Shown: piece after piece, positions 49,722 to 59,064 of the stretch
How positions within the stretch are numbered: the stretch's first letter is position 1
Layout of the letters: each line of letters starts with the position of its first letter
From: an uncultured Spirochaetota bacterium
Lineage (GTDB): Bacteria > Spirochaetota > Brevinematia > Brevinematales > JAOACQ01
Length of the DNA stretch: 64,000 nucleotides
Assembly: GCA_963768055.1 (NCBI GenBank)
Contig: CAVYGN010000002.1
Span: forward strand, 96,001 to 160,000
Direction of reading: 5' to 3'
Translations under genes and position numbers: made by a program
Notes under the pieces: model-generated
Seen by the model: the letters and a program-made list of their open reading frames with translations, nothing else
Told to the model about the DNA's origin: nothing
The model's database searches: none

Positions 49722-50738
49722 ATGGATTACAAATCGGCTGGTGTGGATATCAACATGGCTGATTCTTTAATCAAGGATGTTGGGCATTTTGCTTCGCTTT
49801 CATATCAAAAAGGCGTCCTTGGCGGTGTCGGCGGGTTCGGGGCCCTTTTTGAAATTAAAAGATATAAAAATCCTGTGATAGTTTCCTCAACCGACGGCGT
49901 GGGAACCAAAATACTTCTTGCCCACAGGATGAAAAAATACTCGGGCCTTGGTTACGACCTGGCGGCAATGAGCATAGACGACGTGGTTTGTACCGGGGCA
50001 AAACCTTTGTTTTTCCTGGATTATATAGCAGTCGGCAGGCTGGATAAATCCGTATATCTTACTATTATTGAAAGTATTTCAAAGGCATGCAATTACTGCG
50101 ACTGCTCGCTGATCGGCGGGGAAACCGCCGAATTGCCGGGAATGTACCCCGAAGAAGAATTCGATCTTGCCGGTTTCTGTGTAGGTGTAATGGAAAAAAA
50201 AGATATAATCCGGCCTGAAAATATTAAAGAAGGAGACCGGGTTATAGGACTGGCGTCTTCCGGTTTTCATTCAAACGGATTTTCCCTTGTAAGGAAAGTG
50301 ATTGAAATAAAAAACCTCGATTTGAATAATAATTATGGATTCGGGGTTCTGGGAAATATTCTCCTGACGCCAAGCGAAATTTACTCCCCGGTAATTTTCA
50401 AGGCCTTATCTCTTTTCAAGAAAGCGATCAAAGGGATCGCTCACATTACAGGCGGAGGCATCGAGGGTAATCTCAACAGGGTACTGCCGAAGGGCCTTAA
50501 CGCTGTGATAAACAAACAATGCTGGAAAATCCCTGAAGCTATACAGTTCATCATAAGCCGCGGAGAGATCGATGAAAAAGAAGCTTTCAAAGCTTTCAAT
50601 ATGGGCATCGGAATGGCCTTAGTAACGAATGATTCAAAAAAAGACGAAATTCTTGAATTTTTCAATAAGAACAGTTACAAATCATATGAAATCGGAAGTA
50701 TCGAGAAGGGAACAGGTATTGTAAGGTTCATTCCATAG
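49722..50738 (+). CDS. purM: Phosphoribosylformylglycinamidine cyclo-ligase
   Basis: YKSAGVD, TDGVGTK, GGETAELPG, SSGFHSNGFSL, HITGGG, FNMGIG. Confidence 0.97.
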   Translation: MDYKSAGVDINMADSLIKDVGHFASLSYQKGVLGGVGGFGALFEIKRYKNPVIVSSTDGVGTKILLAHRMKKYSGLGYDLAAMSIDDVVCTGAKPLFFLDYIAVGRLDKSVYLTIIESISKACNYCDCSLIGGETAELPGMYPEEEFDLAGFCVGVMEKKDIIRPENIKEGDRVIGLASSGFHSNGFSLVRKVIEIKNLDLNNNYGFGVLGNILLTPSEIYSPVIFKALSLFKKAIKGIAHITGGGIEGNLNRVLPKGLNAVINKQCWKIPEAIQFIISRGEIDEKEAFKAFNMGIGMALVTNDSKKDEILEFFNKNSYKSYEIGSIEKGTGIVRFIP

Positions 50739-50746
50739 AGGAATCA

Positions 50747-52915
50747 ATGACGGTTTCTTATATTTTCATGATTTCCGCAGCATGCCTCTTAGCAGCTATG
50801 GCTGTTGAAAGCCTGTTAAGAAGCATGAATATTCTTAACGCAGCAGCTTCCCTTCTGCTTTTTTTATCTACGTTGATAACGCTTTGCATCGGGCTTTCCG
50901 ATTATTTCGCAATTCTGGACTATCAGAATATCACCCTGCTGACGATTAAAATACGATACGCTTCGATTCCACTGGCAGGTTACGCTTTTTTTTTGTTTTC
51001 CATTAATTTTCCAAGGGGCCTTTATTCGGGAAAACTCGCTCCGTCAGGCTGGGTTGTTCTGGCATTGTCCGCCGCATTCGCCGCGGCGTCGTTAACAGGG
51101 CTCTCGATCAGCCATTACAGCCATCTCACCTATCCTCAGGAATTCAACAGTAAAGTATTCGAGTCGAATATCACCTTTAATTTCATTCATTACGCAGGAT
51201 TGTATTATTCTATTTTTCTATTCGCTTTTTCATTAATATTAATCATTTTTAAATACGGGAAATCCCAGCTTATATACCAGAGGAAGCAGATCCGTTATTT
51301 TTTGAGCGGTTTATTATTTTTTGCAATCATACAGGCTTTTCTCCGTCTTTTCGGCGGGGCCCTGCCGCCAGTTGTTATTAATTCGGCGAGCGCTTTATCT
51401 TTCATAACCGCCGGCGGAATGCTGCTGTATTCTATAATAGTTTATCGTTTTAATAATTTGAGAAACAGGTTAATAATCCTGTTTCAGAACCTGCTGATAG
51501 GTTTCATTGTCTCGATTCCTATAATAATTCTTCTGTATATTTTCAGGATATGGCTTTTAAATGTAACAGTTTATTATTTTTTCATAATAATGGTTCCTGC
51601 ATTTGTAGCGTTTTTCTGGCTTTATGGGTTAACCTGCAACCTTATCAGGAAAATATTTCAAATAAATTATATGAACTCCGATATGACGGAAATATTTCTA
51701 GATAAGATCGGAAAATCATATACTATAACAGAACTCGCCAGAAACACAATCAACGCGCTTACCGACAATATCAATTGCAGGAACTCGGATTTCCTGCTTT
51801 TTGACAGGGAAAAGGATATTTTTAAGGTGCTTTATTCTTCAAACAATAGTGAATACAGCATTTCCGCGATCGAACCGTTTTTCAGGCATGTCAATGATAA
51901 GTTCGATATCTATGACAGGGAACAAATCAACTTCGACCCCAGGTTCGCCGGGATTAAAGACAGCGCTGAAAGGTATTTTAAAAAACATGAAGCCTCCCTT
52001 TTAGTCCCTTTTTATTATGATAATGTTCTAATAGCGCTTCTTCCTATCGCCGGAAAAATCGACAATACCTCTTATGTAAGCGGGGAACTCTCGCTCATAA
52101 TAAAGTTGAAGAAAATAGCTCAAATCGTTCTTCATAATATAATCCTTTTCGATAAGGAAGAGGAAGCTAAATTGACTAAAAGGGATCTTACCCTGGCTTC
52201 CAATATACAGGATGCTATTTTTCAAAACATTATTCCGGCCTTTACCAATATTGATGTTTACGCCTTTCAGAAACCAGCCAGGGGTGTCAGCGGAGACTAT
52301 TTCCTGATTGAAAAGGCATCGAATGATTCACTTGGAGTCCTTATAGCCGATGTTTCCGGAAAAGGATTTTCAGCGGCCCTCGTTTCAATGATAATCCATA
52401 CCATCACTAAGAGCCAGGAATTCTCTTCAACAAGTACAAATGCCATTGTTTCAAAGATCAATGATGTAATGACTTCAAGTCAGAATTATAACCGTATTAC
52501 CAAAACAATGAGCTTCGCAACGGTTTTTTGCGGATTTTTCGACAACTATTTAAAGACATTGTTCTACACTAACGCGGGTCATTACCCAATAATAGTCTAT
52601 GACAGGAGTTCGAAAATATTCGACTTTGTAAAGGCAAACGGAAAACCCGTCGGTATTTTCCCGGAGGAAACTTATCTTTCGAAGAGTTATCATTACGAAG
52701 GAGAAAAAATATTCGTCCTTTATTCCGATGGAATTACCGAAGCTATAAATTCTGCCGAAGAAGAATTCGGGCAGGAGAGATTGCTTGAAATGATCAGAAA
52801 GAACGATGAAAAAACCAGCCGTGAAATTATCAATGAAATAATACAGGCGGTTGAAAATCATGCAGACTCTGTCGAAAATCTTGACGACATGACTTTGATT
52901 GTCATTAAGTTATAG
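50747..52915 (+). CDS. Membrane sensor phosphatase: multi-TM input - GAF-like - SpoIIE/PP2C
   Basis: N-terminal TM bundle; VSGDYF, ADVSGKG, TNAGH, YSDGITE, DDMT. Confidence 0.88.
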   Translation: MTVSYIFMISAACLLAAMAVESLLRSMNILNAAASLLLFLSTLITLCIGLSDYFAILDYQNITLLTIKIRYASIPLAGYAFFLFSINFPRGLYSGKLAPSGWVVLALSAAFAAASLTGLSISHYSHLTYPQEFNSKVFESNITFNFIHYAGLYYSIFLFAFSLILIIFKYGKSQLIYQRKQIRYFLSGLLFFAIIQAFLRLFGGALPPVVINSASALSFITAGGMLLYSIIVYRFNNLRNRLIILFQNLLIGFIVSIPIIILLYIFRIWLLNVTVYYFFIIMVPAFVAFFWLYGLTCNLIRKIFQINYMNSDMTEIFLDKIGKSYTITELARNTINALTDNINCRNSDFLLFDREKDIFKVLYSSNNSEYSISAIEPFFRHVNDKFDIYDREQINFDPRFAGIKDSAERYFKKHEASLLVPFYYDNVLIALLPIAGKIDNTSYVSGELSLIIKLKKIAQIVLHNIILFDKEEEAKLTKRDLTLASNIQDAIFQNIIPAFTNIDVYAFQKPARGVSGDYFLIEKASNDSLGVLIADVSGKGFSAALVSMIIHTITKSQEFSSTSTNAIVSKINDVMTSSQNYNRITKTMSFATVFCGFFDNYLKTLFYTNAGHYPIIVYDRSSKIFDFVKANGKPVGIFPEETYLSKSYHYEGEKIFVLYSDGITEAINSAEEEFGQERLLEMIRKNDEKTSREIINEIIQAVENHADSVENLDDMTLIVIKL

Positions 52916-52973
52916 AATTTGAAATCCGAAAATCAAAGTAGCGTCTCATGTTCCGGATATTAGAGGAGGCATT

Positions 52974-53570
52974 ATGAGAATGATTTTAATTGCTGCTGTC
53001 TTTATTTTTTTTATTTTTCTTTTAGCATATCCGGATTCCCCCAGTTCGTCCCAGGCGAGCCCTTATACTCAGTTAATCGGCTTCAGTGCGGGCGGAGAGT
53101 TTTTTCTTAATAACTATCTCAGCGACTGGTCTACCGGCGTGTTTTTTGAAAACGTTATAAATCCATGGTTCGGTTTTGAAATAGAAATGGCAAGATCTTC
53201 GACGCCGATCACCAGTTATACTCAGGTTATCGCCGTTAATCCGCAGACATATTACGGTACAGGCAAACTTGATTATATCGAAATGAGCGGAGCCTTGAAA
53301 GTCTATATCCAGGGGATAGGCATATCATTTGGAATAACATATAACAGTTTTAATTCCGGTTATATTGTAGTAAATACAAACAACTATTATCAAACGATCG
53401 GGGACGGATTAAATTATTTCTCGATTTTCTTCGGGCCGGAATTAACCGCACAGATTTCATCGGACCTTTTTACCAAAGTGGGCATCATCGGCATCTATGG
53501 AATACTTGACACTATCCCTAATTACAACATAGGATTCCGGTTTTATATCTCCTTCGCTTATGGTATTTAA
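52974..53570 (+). CDS. Putative outer-membrane beta-barrel protein
   Basis: Signal peptide; alternating aromatic/Gly beta strands; C-terminal FYISFAYGI. Confidence 0.55.
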   Translation: MRMILIAAVFIFFIFLLAYPDSPSSSQASPYTQLIGFSAGGEFFLNNYLSDWSTGVFFENVINPWFGFEIEMARSSTPITSYTQVIAVNPQTYYGTGKLDYIEMSGALKVYIQGIGISFGITYNSFNSGYIVVNTNNYYQTIGDGLNYFSIFFGPELTAQISSDLFTKVGIIGIYGILDTIPNYNIGFRFYISFAYGI

Positions 53571-53578
53571 AGGATCGG

Positions 53579-54179
53579 AACCACTGATTTCACAGATAAC
53601 ACAGATTTAAATTTTAAAAATAATTGAAAAAGAAGTATCTGTGTAATCATTAATAAATTATAAATAAAAAACAGACTGAATAATCTTAATACAACATTAA
53701 TGCTCTAAAGTTTTTAATTGGAGTTATTATGGAATTTAAAGATTGGTTGACGGTTATTATTAGTTTTTTAACATTTATTGTTGGCATTATCACTCTTATT
53801 TTTATTATAAGAATTGAAATAAAATCAAAAGAAATGAAAGATGATGTTTGGGGTGCAATTAATGATTTGGCTTTATATTTAAATGCCGAACAAATAATGA
53901 TGTTAAGAAACGGCTCAATGGATAAAGAAAATATTAAAACTTTAATAGACTACTGGAAAACAGAACATGAATCTAAAATTTCACAAAAAGACCGTAAGAA
54001 ATTATCTGATGAAAATAAGAAATGGCAAGTTAAATATGACAATACTTTTAATATAATGAGTCAATACCTAGATAACCCAAAAAAATAAATTTATCGCCTA
54101 TACTTTTATAGAGAGATTGGCATATAATTTTATATGGATTTCACAGATAACATCGGTGAAATCTGTGAAATCTGTGGTT
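53579..54179. mobile_element. Inverted-repeat-bounded cassette carrying one orphan gene
   Basis: Ends AACCACTGATTTCACAGAT (53579-53597) and ATCTGTGAAATCTGTGGTT (54161-54179) are inverted copies with 1 mismatch; internal 9-bp-period repeats. Confidence 0.6.
53729..54088 (+). CDS. AT-rich orphan protein with N-terminal TM
   Basis: GGAG RBS; one hydrophobic helix then a charged helical region; much lower GC than the flanks. Confidence 0.65.
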   Translation: MEFKDWLTVIISFLTFIVGIITLIFIIRIEIKSKEMKDDVWGAINDLALYLNAEQIMMLRNGSMDKENIKTLIDYWKTEHESKISQKDRKKLSDENKKWQVKYDNTFNIMSQYLDNPKK

Positions 54180-54205
54180 TCATCTTAACTTTAATAGTTG
54201 ATCGG

Positions 54206-54493
54206 TTATTTCCTAAAAGTCCTGTAAGGGGCCTTTATCGCTTCCCAGCTGAATCGCAGGGGCACATCGTCATCCCCCCCTTTAAAAAACCATCCGTTGC
54301 ACCTGAAGAGCCTCGAAAATCCGAGCAGAAGCCCCTTTATAACCCCGAAACGCAACACCGATTTCCTGAAATATTCCGAGCATGTCGGTTTATACATGCA
54401 GGCCATCGGAAGAATCGGAGATATAAGAACCTTATAAACAGTGAACGGAAAAGCGGCCGCTTTTCTTATAACGGTTTCAAATCTTTGAGGCAT
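54206..54493 (-). CDS. yidD: Membrane protein insertion efficiency factor
   Basis: YK..ISP....C.YKPTCSEY...RFG..KG...RLFRC..W..GG.D.VP. Confidence 0.92.
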   Translation of the reverse strand: MPQRFETVIRKAAAFPFTVYKVLISPILPMACMYKPTCSEYFRKSVLRFGVIKGLLLGFSRLFRCNGWFFKGGDDDVPLRFSWEAIKAPYRTFRK

Positions 54494-54813
54494 TTAAAGA
54501 TCCTTCTCAAATCGGAGAGTTTGGAGTCTTCATCTGGGGGCTTTTTTGACAGTACAATAACAATATCGCAGGGCATCGAAAATTCGTTTTTAATTTTCCT
54601 GAAAACCTCGCGAACGGCTCTTTTCTCATGATTTCTGAAAACGGCATTCCCAAGCCTTGATGAAACTGATATTCCGATACGGGAAATTGTTGACGGGAGA
54701 TAATAGGCGCGGAAAAAAGAGGACCTGAGGACCTTGCCTAGCTTATAAACAGCCTCAATGTCCGCTTTCTTTTTTAAATGATTCTCTTTTTTATATGAGA
54801 AAGGCTTATTCAT
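54466..54813 (-). CDS. rnpA: Ribonuclease P protein component
   Basis: [26 protein letters not shown] (RNR motif); lies between rpmH and yidD. Confidence 0.92.
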   Translation of the reverse strand: MNKPFSYKKENHLKKKADIEAVYKLGKVLRSSFFRAYYLPSTISRIGISVSSRLGNAVFRNHEKRAVREVFRKIKNEFSMPCDIVIVLSKKPPDEDSKLSDLRRIFKCLKDLKPL

Positions 54814-54949
54814 CAGATACGGTCAGCTTTTTCCTTCCTTTTAGCCGGCGGCGGTTCAGTATTAACCTGCCATCCTTTGACTTCATCCTTCTCCTGAACC
54901 CATGCGTCCTTGCCCTTTTAACATTGCTGGGTTGATATGTTCTCTTCAT
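54806..54949 (-). CDS. rpmH: 50S ribosomal protein L34
   Basis: Hand translation: [56 protein letters not shown]. Confidence 0.98.
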   Translation of the reverse strand: MKRTYQPSNVKRARTHGFRRRMKSKDGRLILNRRRLKGRKKLTVSDE

Positions 54950-54977
54950 TGGGTCTGCTCCTTGAAGTTAAATAAAA

Positions 54978-55050
<73 letters not shown>

Positions 55051-55067
55051 AATTTTAAAGTGTGAGT

Positions 55068-55096
55068 ATTCTATCTTATTTTCACTTCATTGTCAA
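55068..55096 (-). promoter_or_regulatory. sigma70 promoter for tRNA-Phe/rpmH-rnpA-yidD
   Basis: TTGACA (55096-55091), 17 nt, TAGAAT (55073-55068). Confidence 0.75.
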
Positions 55097-55101
55097 AAAT
55101 T

Positions 55102-55174
55102 AGCCACCTGTGGGACTTGAACCCACAACCTGCTGATTACAAGTCAGCTGCTCTACCAATTGAGCTAAAGTGGC
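55102..55174 (-). tRNA. tRNA-Thr(TGT)
   Basis: GCCACTTTAGCTCAATTGGTAGAGCAGCTGACTTGTAATCAGCAGGTTGTGGGTTCAAGTCCCACAGGTGGCT; CCA not encoded. Confidence 0.97.
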
Positions 55175-55184
55175 GCAAGGTGTA

Positions 55185-55213
55185 ATTTTAAAGAAAAACG
55201 GCGAATTTGTCAA
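55185..55213 (-). promoter_or_regulatory. sigma70 promoter for tRNA-Thr
   Basis: TTGACA (55213-55208), 17 nt, TAAAAT (55190-55185). Confidence 0.75.
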
Positions 55214-55220
55214 AAATCGA

Positions 55221-55835
55221 GGGGACCGAATCGATTAATATGCCGATCTCTTTGTGAAGTAAATTTTTTCCGGGCAGTATTCGACAGCGTTTATGTTGAA
55301 GCATGATCTGCTAAGTTACAAAATGACAGCAAGCGTTGATTGAATGCTTTAAAAAAAAAGAAATTTCAATTATCTGATGGGTAGAATAATTAGGTATAGA
55401 AAAGCTTGGCGAAACGACAATTAAAAAATCAAGTCTTTTCCCGCTGCGGATTCCGGTGAAACCTGCCACCAAATCCGGGTGAAAGTTTATCACTAAAAAA
55501 GACATTAACAAATCCAGATTTATTTTATCCCTGATGGCAGGTTTGAACCGGATTACATGGAAGGTTTCGTCCGGTTTACGTAGAACTACTCCGAATTAAT
55601 GACAATATGAAGGTTATTTGAAGTTAATTTTTTTACGCGCGTTATGAGCAAGCGCTTAACTGAGGCCGCTCGTTATATTTTAATAATCTCATATTGATAA
55701 AAATATTTCTTTATTAAAAAAGAATTCCATCAGCGCTTGCGACAGTTTTAAAGCATTGCAGTTCAAGCTTGTGAATACAGCGCGGTAAAAAAATTTACTT
55801 TATAAAGTAATCTGCATATTGATCTAATCGACCCC
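55221..55835. mobile_element. Non-autonomous element with long imperfect terminal inverted repeats (GGGG...CCCC)
   Basis: 55221-55350 aligns with the reverse complement of about 55718-55835 (GGGG..GAT.AATATGC.GAT..CTTT.T.AAGTAAATTTTTT..GTATTC..GCAAGCG.TGAT.GAAT); no intact ORF inside. Confidence 0.55.
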
Positions 55836-55927
55836 ACACTTATTGACTAAAAACCAAATTTATCCTAATATAAATGTCATATTTAACATAACGAAGTTAA
55901 TAATTATCTCATCTTTCGGGGCTATTG

Positions 55928-57268
55928 ATGAAATTTAAAAAGAAGACATTCGGCTTCGGCGGCATCTATATCGATAAAAGGAAGCTTACAGATTCAATCC
56001 CCTTTACAAAGACACATATTCCGTTTCAGATCAGACTCCCGATGTCGCAGGACAGCGGAAAGCCTGCCAGAACTATTGTCGAAGCCGGCCAATACGTGGA
56101 GGAAGGCCAGATCATCGGCGAGGCTGCCGACGCGGATTCGGCGTACATTCATACCAGCGTTTCAGGGAGGGTAGTTTCTGTTGAGAGAGGCCGGGGATTC
56201 GGACAGACAGAAACAAATGTTGTAACAATCGAGACAGGCGGAATTGTGAAGAACTGGTATGGGAAAAAATATGAAATCGCCAACATGACCCCCGAGCAGA
56301 TGGTTAAAGAGATCATGCTGGCGGGAATCGTCGGGCTTGGCGGCATGTTTGACTGCCTGCCTGTTCAGACCAAGCTTGTACGTAAGGAGGGCAAAAAGGC
56401 CGATACGCTGATCGTCAACGCGGCTGAATCCGGCCCCTATCTTACCTCCGAGCACAGGTTAATGATCGAAAAAACCGGAGAGGTAATCGAAGGAATTATC
56501 CAGGTCATGAAAATCATCGGCGCACCTGAAGCCATTATAGGTATTGAAGAAAACAAGGCTGACGCCGCCGAAGCAATATTGTCAAAGCTTGGGGATCATC
56601 CCGGGATCAGGGTCGAGGTCCTCAGGTCGAAATACCCCCAGGACGGTGAAAGAGAACTTATTTTTTCACTATTAAAAAAGGAGGTACCGGCGGGTTGGTC
56701 TCCTATCAATATGGGGGTTGTAGTTGAGAATGTCTCGACTATCTTCGCAATTTACGAGGCCCTTGTTTATAAAAAACCATTGATAGAGCGCTATATGACA
56801 TATTCAGGGGAAAATGTTGAAAAACGCGGTAATTATAAAGTCAGGATAGGGACTCCGATCAGGCTCATCCTGGAAGAATTCGGCTTGCCGGAAAGTTTCG
56901 GAGCAGTAATATCGGGAGACCCGTTGACAGGGATCGATATCAAGGATTTGAACACCCCTGTAATGAAAAATACCGCCGCAATTATCATACTGTCGAAGCC
57001 TCAAAATTACAGGGTTCTGAACAGGCCCTGCATACGGTGTTCGAAGTGCCTATCTTCATGCCCGATGAGACTCAACCCTGCTGTACTTGCCAGGCTGTGC
57101 GGGGAGGAAAATATTAATGAAGCCGCCGGACTGGGTTTAACTCAATGCATAGAATGCGGCTGCTGTTCCTACAGCTGTCCGTCGACAATTCCAATAACGG
57201 GCCTTATCCGGTACGGGAAAAAGATCCTGGGTTCACCCAGTAGGGAGGGCACTAATGGCAGGAACTGA
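55928..57268 (+). CDS. rnfC: Rnf/Rsx electron transport complex subunit C (divergent)
   Basis: IHTSVSG, AGIVGLGG, KYPQ.GE, VRIGTP, two CxxCxxCxxxCP motifs. Confidence 0.9.
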   Translation: MKFKKKTFGFGGIYIDKRKLTDSIPFTKTHIPFQIRLPMSQDSGKPARTIVEAGQYVEEGQIIGEAADADSAYIHTSVSGRVVSVERGRGFGQTETNVVTIETGGIVKNWYGKKYEIANMTPEQMVKEIMLAGIVGLGGMFDCLPVQTKLVRKEGKKADTLIVNAAESGPYLTSEHRLMIEKTGEVIEGIIQVMKIIGAPEAIIGIEENKADAAEAILSKLGDHPGIRVEVLRSKYPQDGERELIFSLLKKEVPAGWSPINMGVVVENVSTIFAIYEALVYKKPLIERYMTYSGENVEKRGNYKVRIGTPIRLILEEFGLPESFGAVISGDPLTGIDIKDLNTPVMKNTAAIIILSKPQNYRVLNRPCIRCSKCLSSCPMRLNPAVLARLCGEENINEAAGLGLTQCIECGCCSYSCPSTIPITGLIRYGKKILGSPSREGTNGRN

Positions 57269-58295
57269 GGGTTTATCCTGTAAGGGAAAAGCTGGAACAG
57301 TTGTATTTTCACCCCATATTCACAACGGGTCAAGCATAGAAAGGATAATGTGGGATGTTGTAATAGCGCTGATCCCGGCGGGCCTGGCAAGCGTCTATTT
57401 TTTTGGAATGAATTCCATCAGGATAATAGGCATAAGCCTTCTTACAGGCATCACGACAGAGTTATTGATGTGCCTTATAACAAGAAGACCCGTCACTATT
57501 CTTGATGGAAGCGCGGTTATTACATCCCTTTTATTCGCCTATATCATGCCGCCTTCCTGCCCATGGTATGTAATCATCGCAGGATGTTCTTTTTCAATAG
57601 CGGTTGTAAAATGGGCCTTCGGAGGGCTCGGCAATAACTTTATGAACCCTGCGCTTGGAGGATATATATTCTCTGCGGCGGCATGGCAAAATATTGTAAC
57701 GGGAAGCTGGTCTCCTACAATAAGGCCCTTCTTAAAAGCAGGATTCGGCTTTTTCGACGCTTCTTTGCAGATAATCGATCCGGTAATTATTAACGGCCGG
57801 GCAACGCCTCTTTCCGCCTTGAAAACCGGAGGATGGGACGCTGTTACCTCGGCTCATCTGGATAATTATTTTAATCTCTTCATCGGCAATATCCCTGGCG
57901 CAATCGGTGAAACCTCCAAGCTGGCCATATTGATCGGTCTCGGTTACCTTTTGATCAGGAGGATAATACTCCCCGTAATCCCCCTGGTTTTCATGGGCAG
58001 TTCTATTGTTTTTTTATCGGTTTTCGGAGGTTTTCAGTTCCCTTTATTCCACCTGCTGTCAGGCGGACTTATTCTCTGTGCGAGTTTTATGGCCGTTGAT
58101 TATACGACATCCCCGATAACTGTCGCCGGAAAAATTATCTTTGCCGTAAGCCTGGGTTTATTGACGGCGGTAATACGCTTATGGGGCGATTTTGCCGAGG
58201 GGGCGTTATATGCCGTAGCTTTTATGAATATATTCGTTCCGCTTATAGACAGGTTTGTCAGGAAAAGAATATTCGGGTACGGGAGGTCCGGATGA
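57255..58295 (+). CDS. rnfD: Rnf subunit D
   Basis: SPHIH, FGGLGNNFMNPA, ATPL (FMN-Thr), G.IGETS, FMA.DY.TSP, PLIDR. Confidence 0.92.
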   Translation: MAGTEGLSCKGKAGTVVFSPHIHNGSSIERIMWDVVIALIPAGLASVYFFGMNSIRIIGISLLTGITTELLMCLITRRPVTILDGSAVITSLLFAYIMPPSCPWYVIIAGCSFSIAVVKWAFGGLGNNFMNPALGGYIFSAAAWQNIVTGSWSPTIRPFLKAGFGFFDASLQIIDPVIINGRATPLSALKTGGWDAVTSAHLDNYFNLFIGNIPGAIGETSKLAILIGLGYLLIRRIILPVIPLVFMGSSIVFLSVFGGFQFPLFHLLSGGLILCASFMAVDYTTSPITVAGKIIFAVSLGLLTAVIRLWGDFAEGALYAVAFMNIFVPLIDRFVRKRIFGYGRSG

Positions 58296-58888
58296 AGCGC
58301 TTTACGCTGGGATTGGCCCCTGTTCTTGCCGTATCGGCGCTTGCCGTAAACAGTATCGCAATAGGCATCTCCATCGCTTTGACGCTTGTCATATCGGCAA
58401 GCTTTAACAAAATAATAGGGAACCGCCTTCCTAAAATTATCCTTAACATATTATCGGTTATAATAATATCAGCCGCCGTTACTTCGCTTCAAATCGCAGC
58501 AGGATATTTTACCCCGGATTTAAGCTCGTCTCTGGGCATATACCTTCCGATTATCGCCGTTAATTGCCTGATATATGATATGTCAGGAATTTATCCGGAA
58601 AATGAAGCCCCCCGCAGCGTAATTTTAGTTTTTTTCAGCCTGGCAGTAGCATCCGTGCTTATAGGCCTTATCAGGGAAGTCGCGGGCAAAGGTACAATTA
58701 CCATGATGATTTCCGGAGCAGGGTTTGTATACGATCTTGCAAAATCCGGGTCGAAGGGCCTGGCCCTGGCTCCGGCTATGGTTTTTGTACTGCCGGCCGG
58801 AGGTTTCATTATCATAGGATTGGCGCTCGCACTTATTCAATATATTACAAACAAAACTCAAACCGGCAAAACGCCTCAGGAGGTATAA
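58292..58888 (+). CDS. rnfE: Rnf subunit E, N-terminally shortened
   Basis: LGLAPVLAVS, LGIYLPIIAVNC, IRE..G.G, LPAGGF; ATG 58292 overlaps the rnfD stop. Confidence 0.82.
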   Translation: MKRFTLGLAPVLAVSALAVNSIAIGISIALTLVISASFNKIIGNRLPKIILNILSVIIISAAVTSLQIAAGYFTPDLSSSLGIYLPIIAVNCLIYDMSGIYPENEAPRSVILVFFSLAVASVLIGLIREVAGKGTITMMISGAGFVYDLAKSGSKGLALAPAMVFVLPAGGFIIIGLALALIQYITNKTQTGKTPQEV

Positions 58889-59064
58889 TGGATTTCATGA
58901 AGATTATGGCGGTGTCCTTCGGCGCGATTATAAAGATCGCGCCGATGGAGGTATAATGGATTTCATGAAGATTATGACGGTGTCCTTCGGCGCGATTATA
59001 AAGATCGCGCCGATGGAGGTATAATGGATTTCATGAAGATTATGGCGGTGTCCTTCGGCGCGAT
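58879..59064 (+). repeat. 68-bp tandem repeat (two full units plus the true rnfA start)
   Basis: GGAGGTATAATGGATTTCATGAAGATTATG(G/A)CGGTGTCCTTCGGCGCGAT at 58879, 58947 and 59015. Confidence 0.97.

Noticed and set aside
53579..54179. Integron attC cassette
   Set aside because: No clear RYYYAAC/GTTRRRY cassette boundaries and no integrase in the window
55102..55174. tRNA-targeted prophage or island
   Set aside because: No integrase and no duplicated tRNA 3' end in the window
55221..55927. Possible oriC upstream of rpmH
   Set aside because: No dnaA gene nearby and no cluster of TTATCCACA boxes seen
58879..59064. Possible CRISPR array
   Set aside because: The units are contiguous with no unique spacers, derive from the rnfA start, and no cas genes are present
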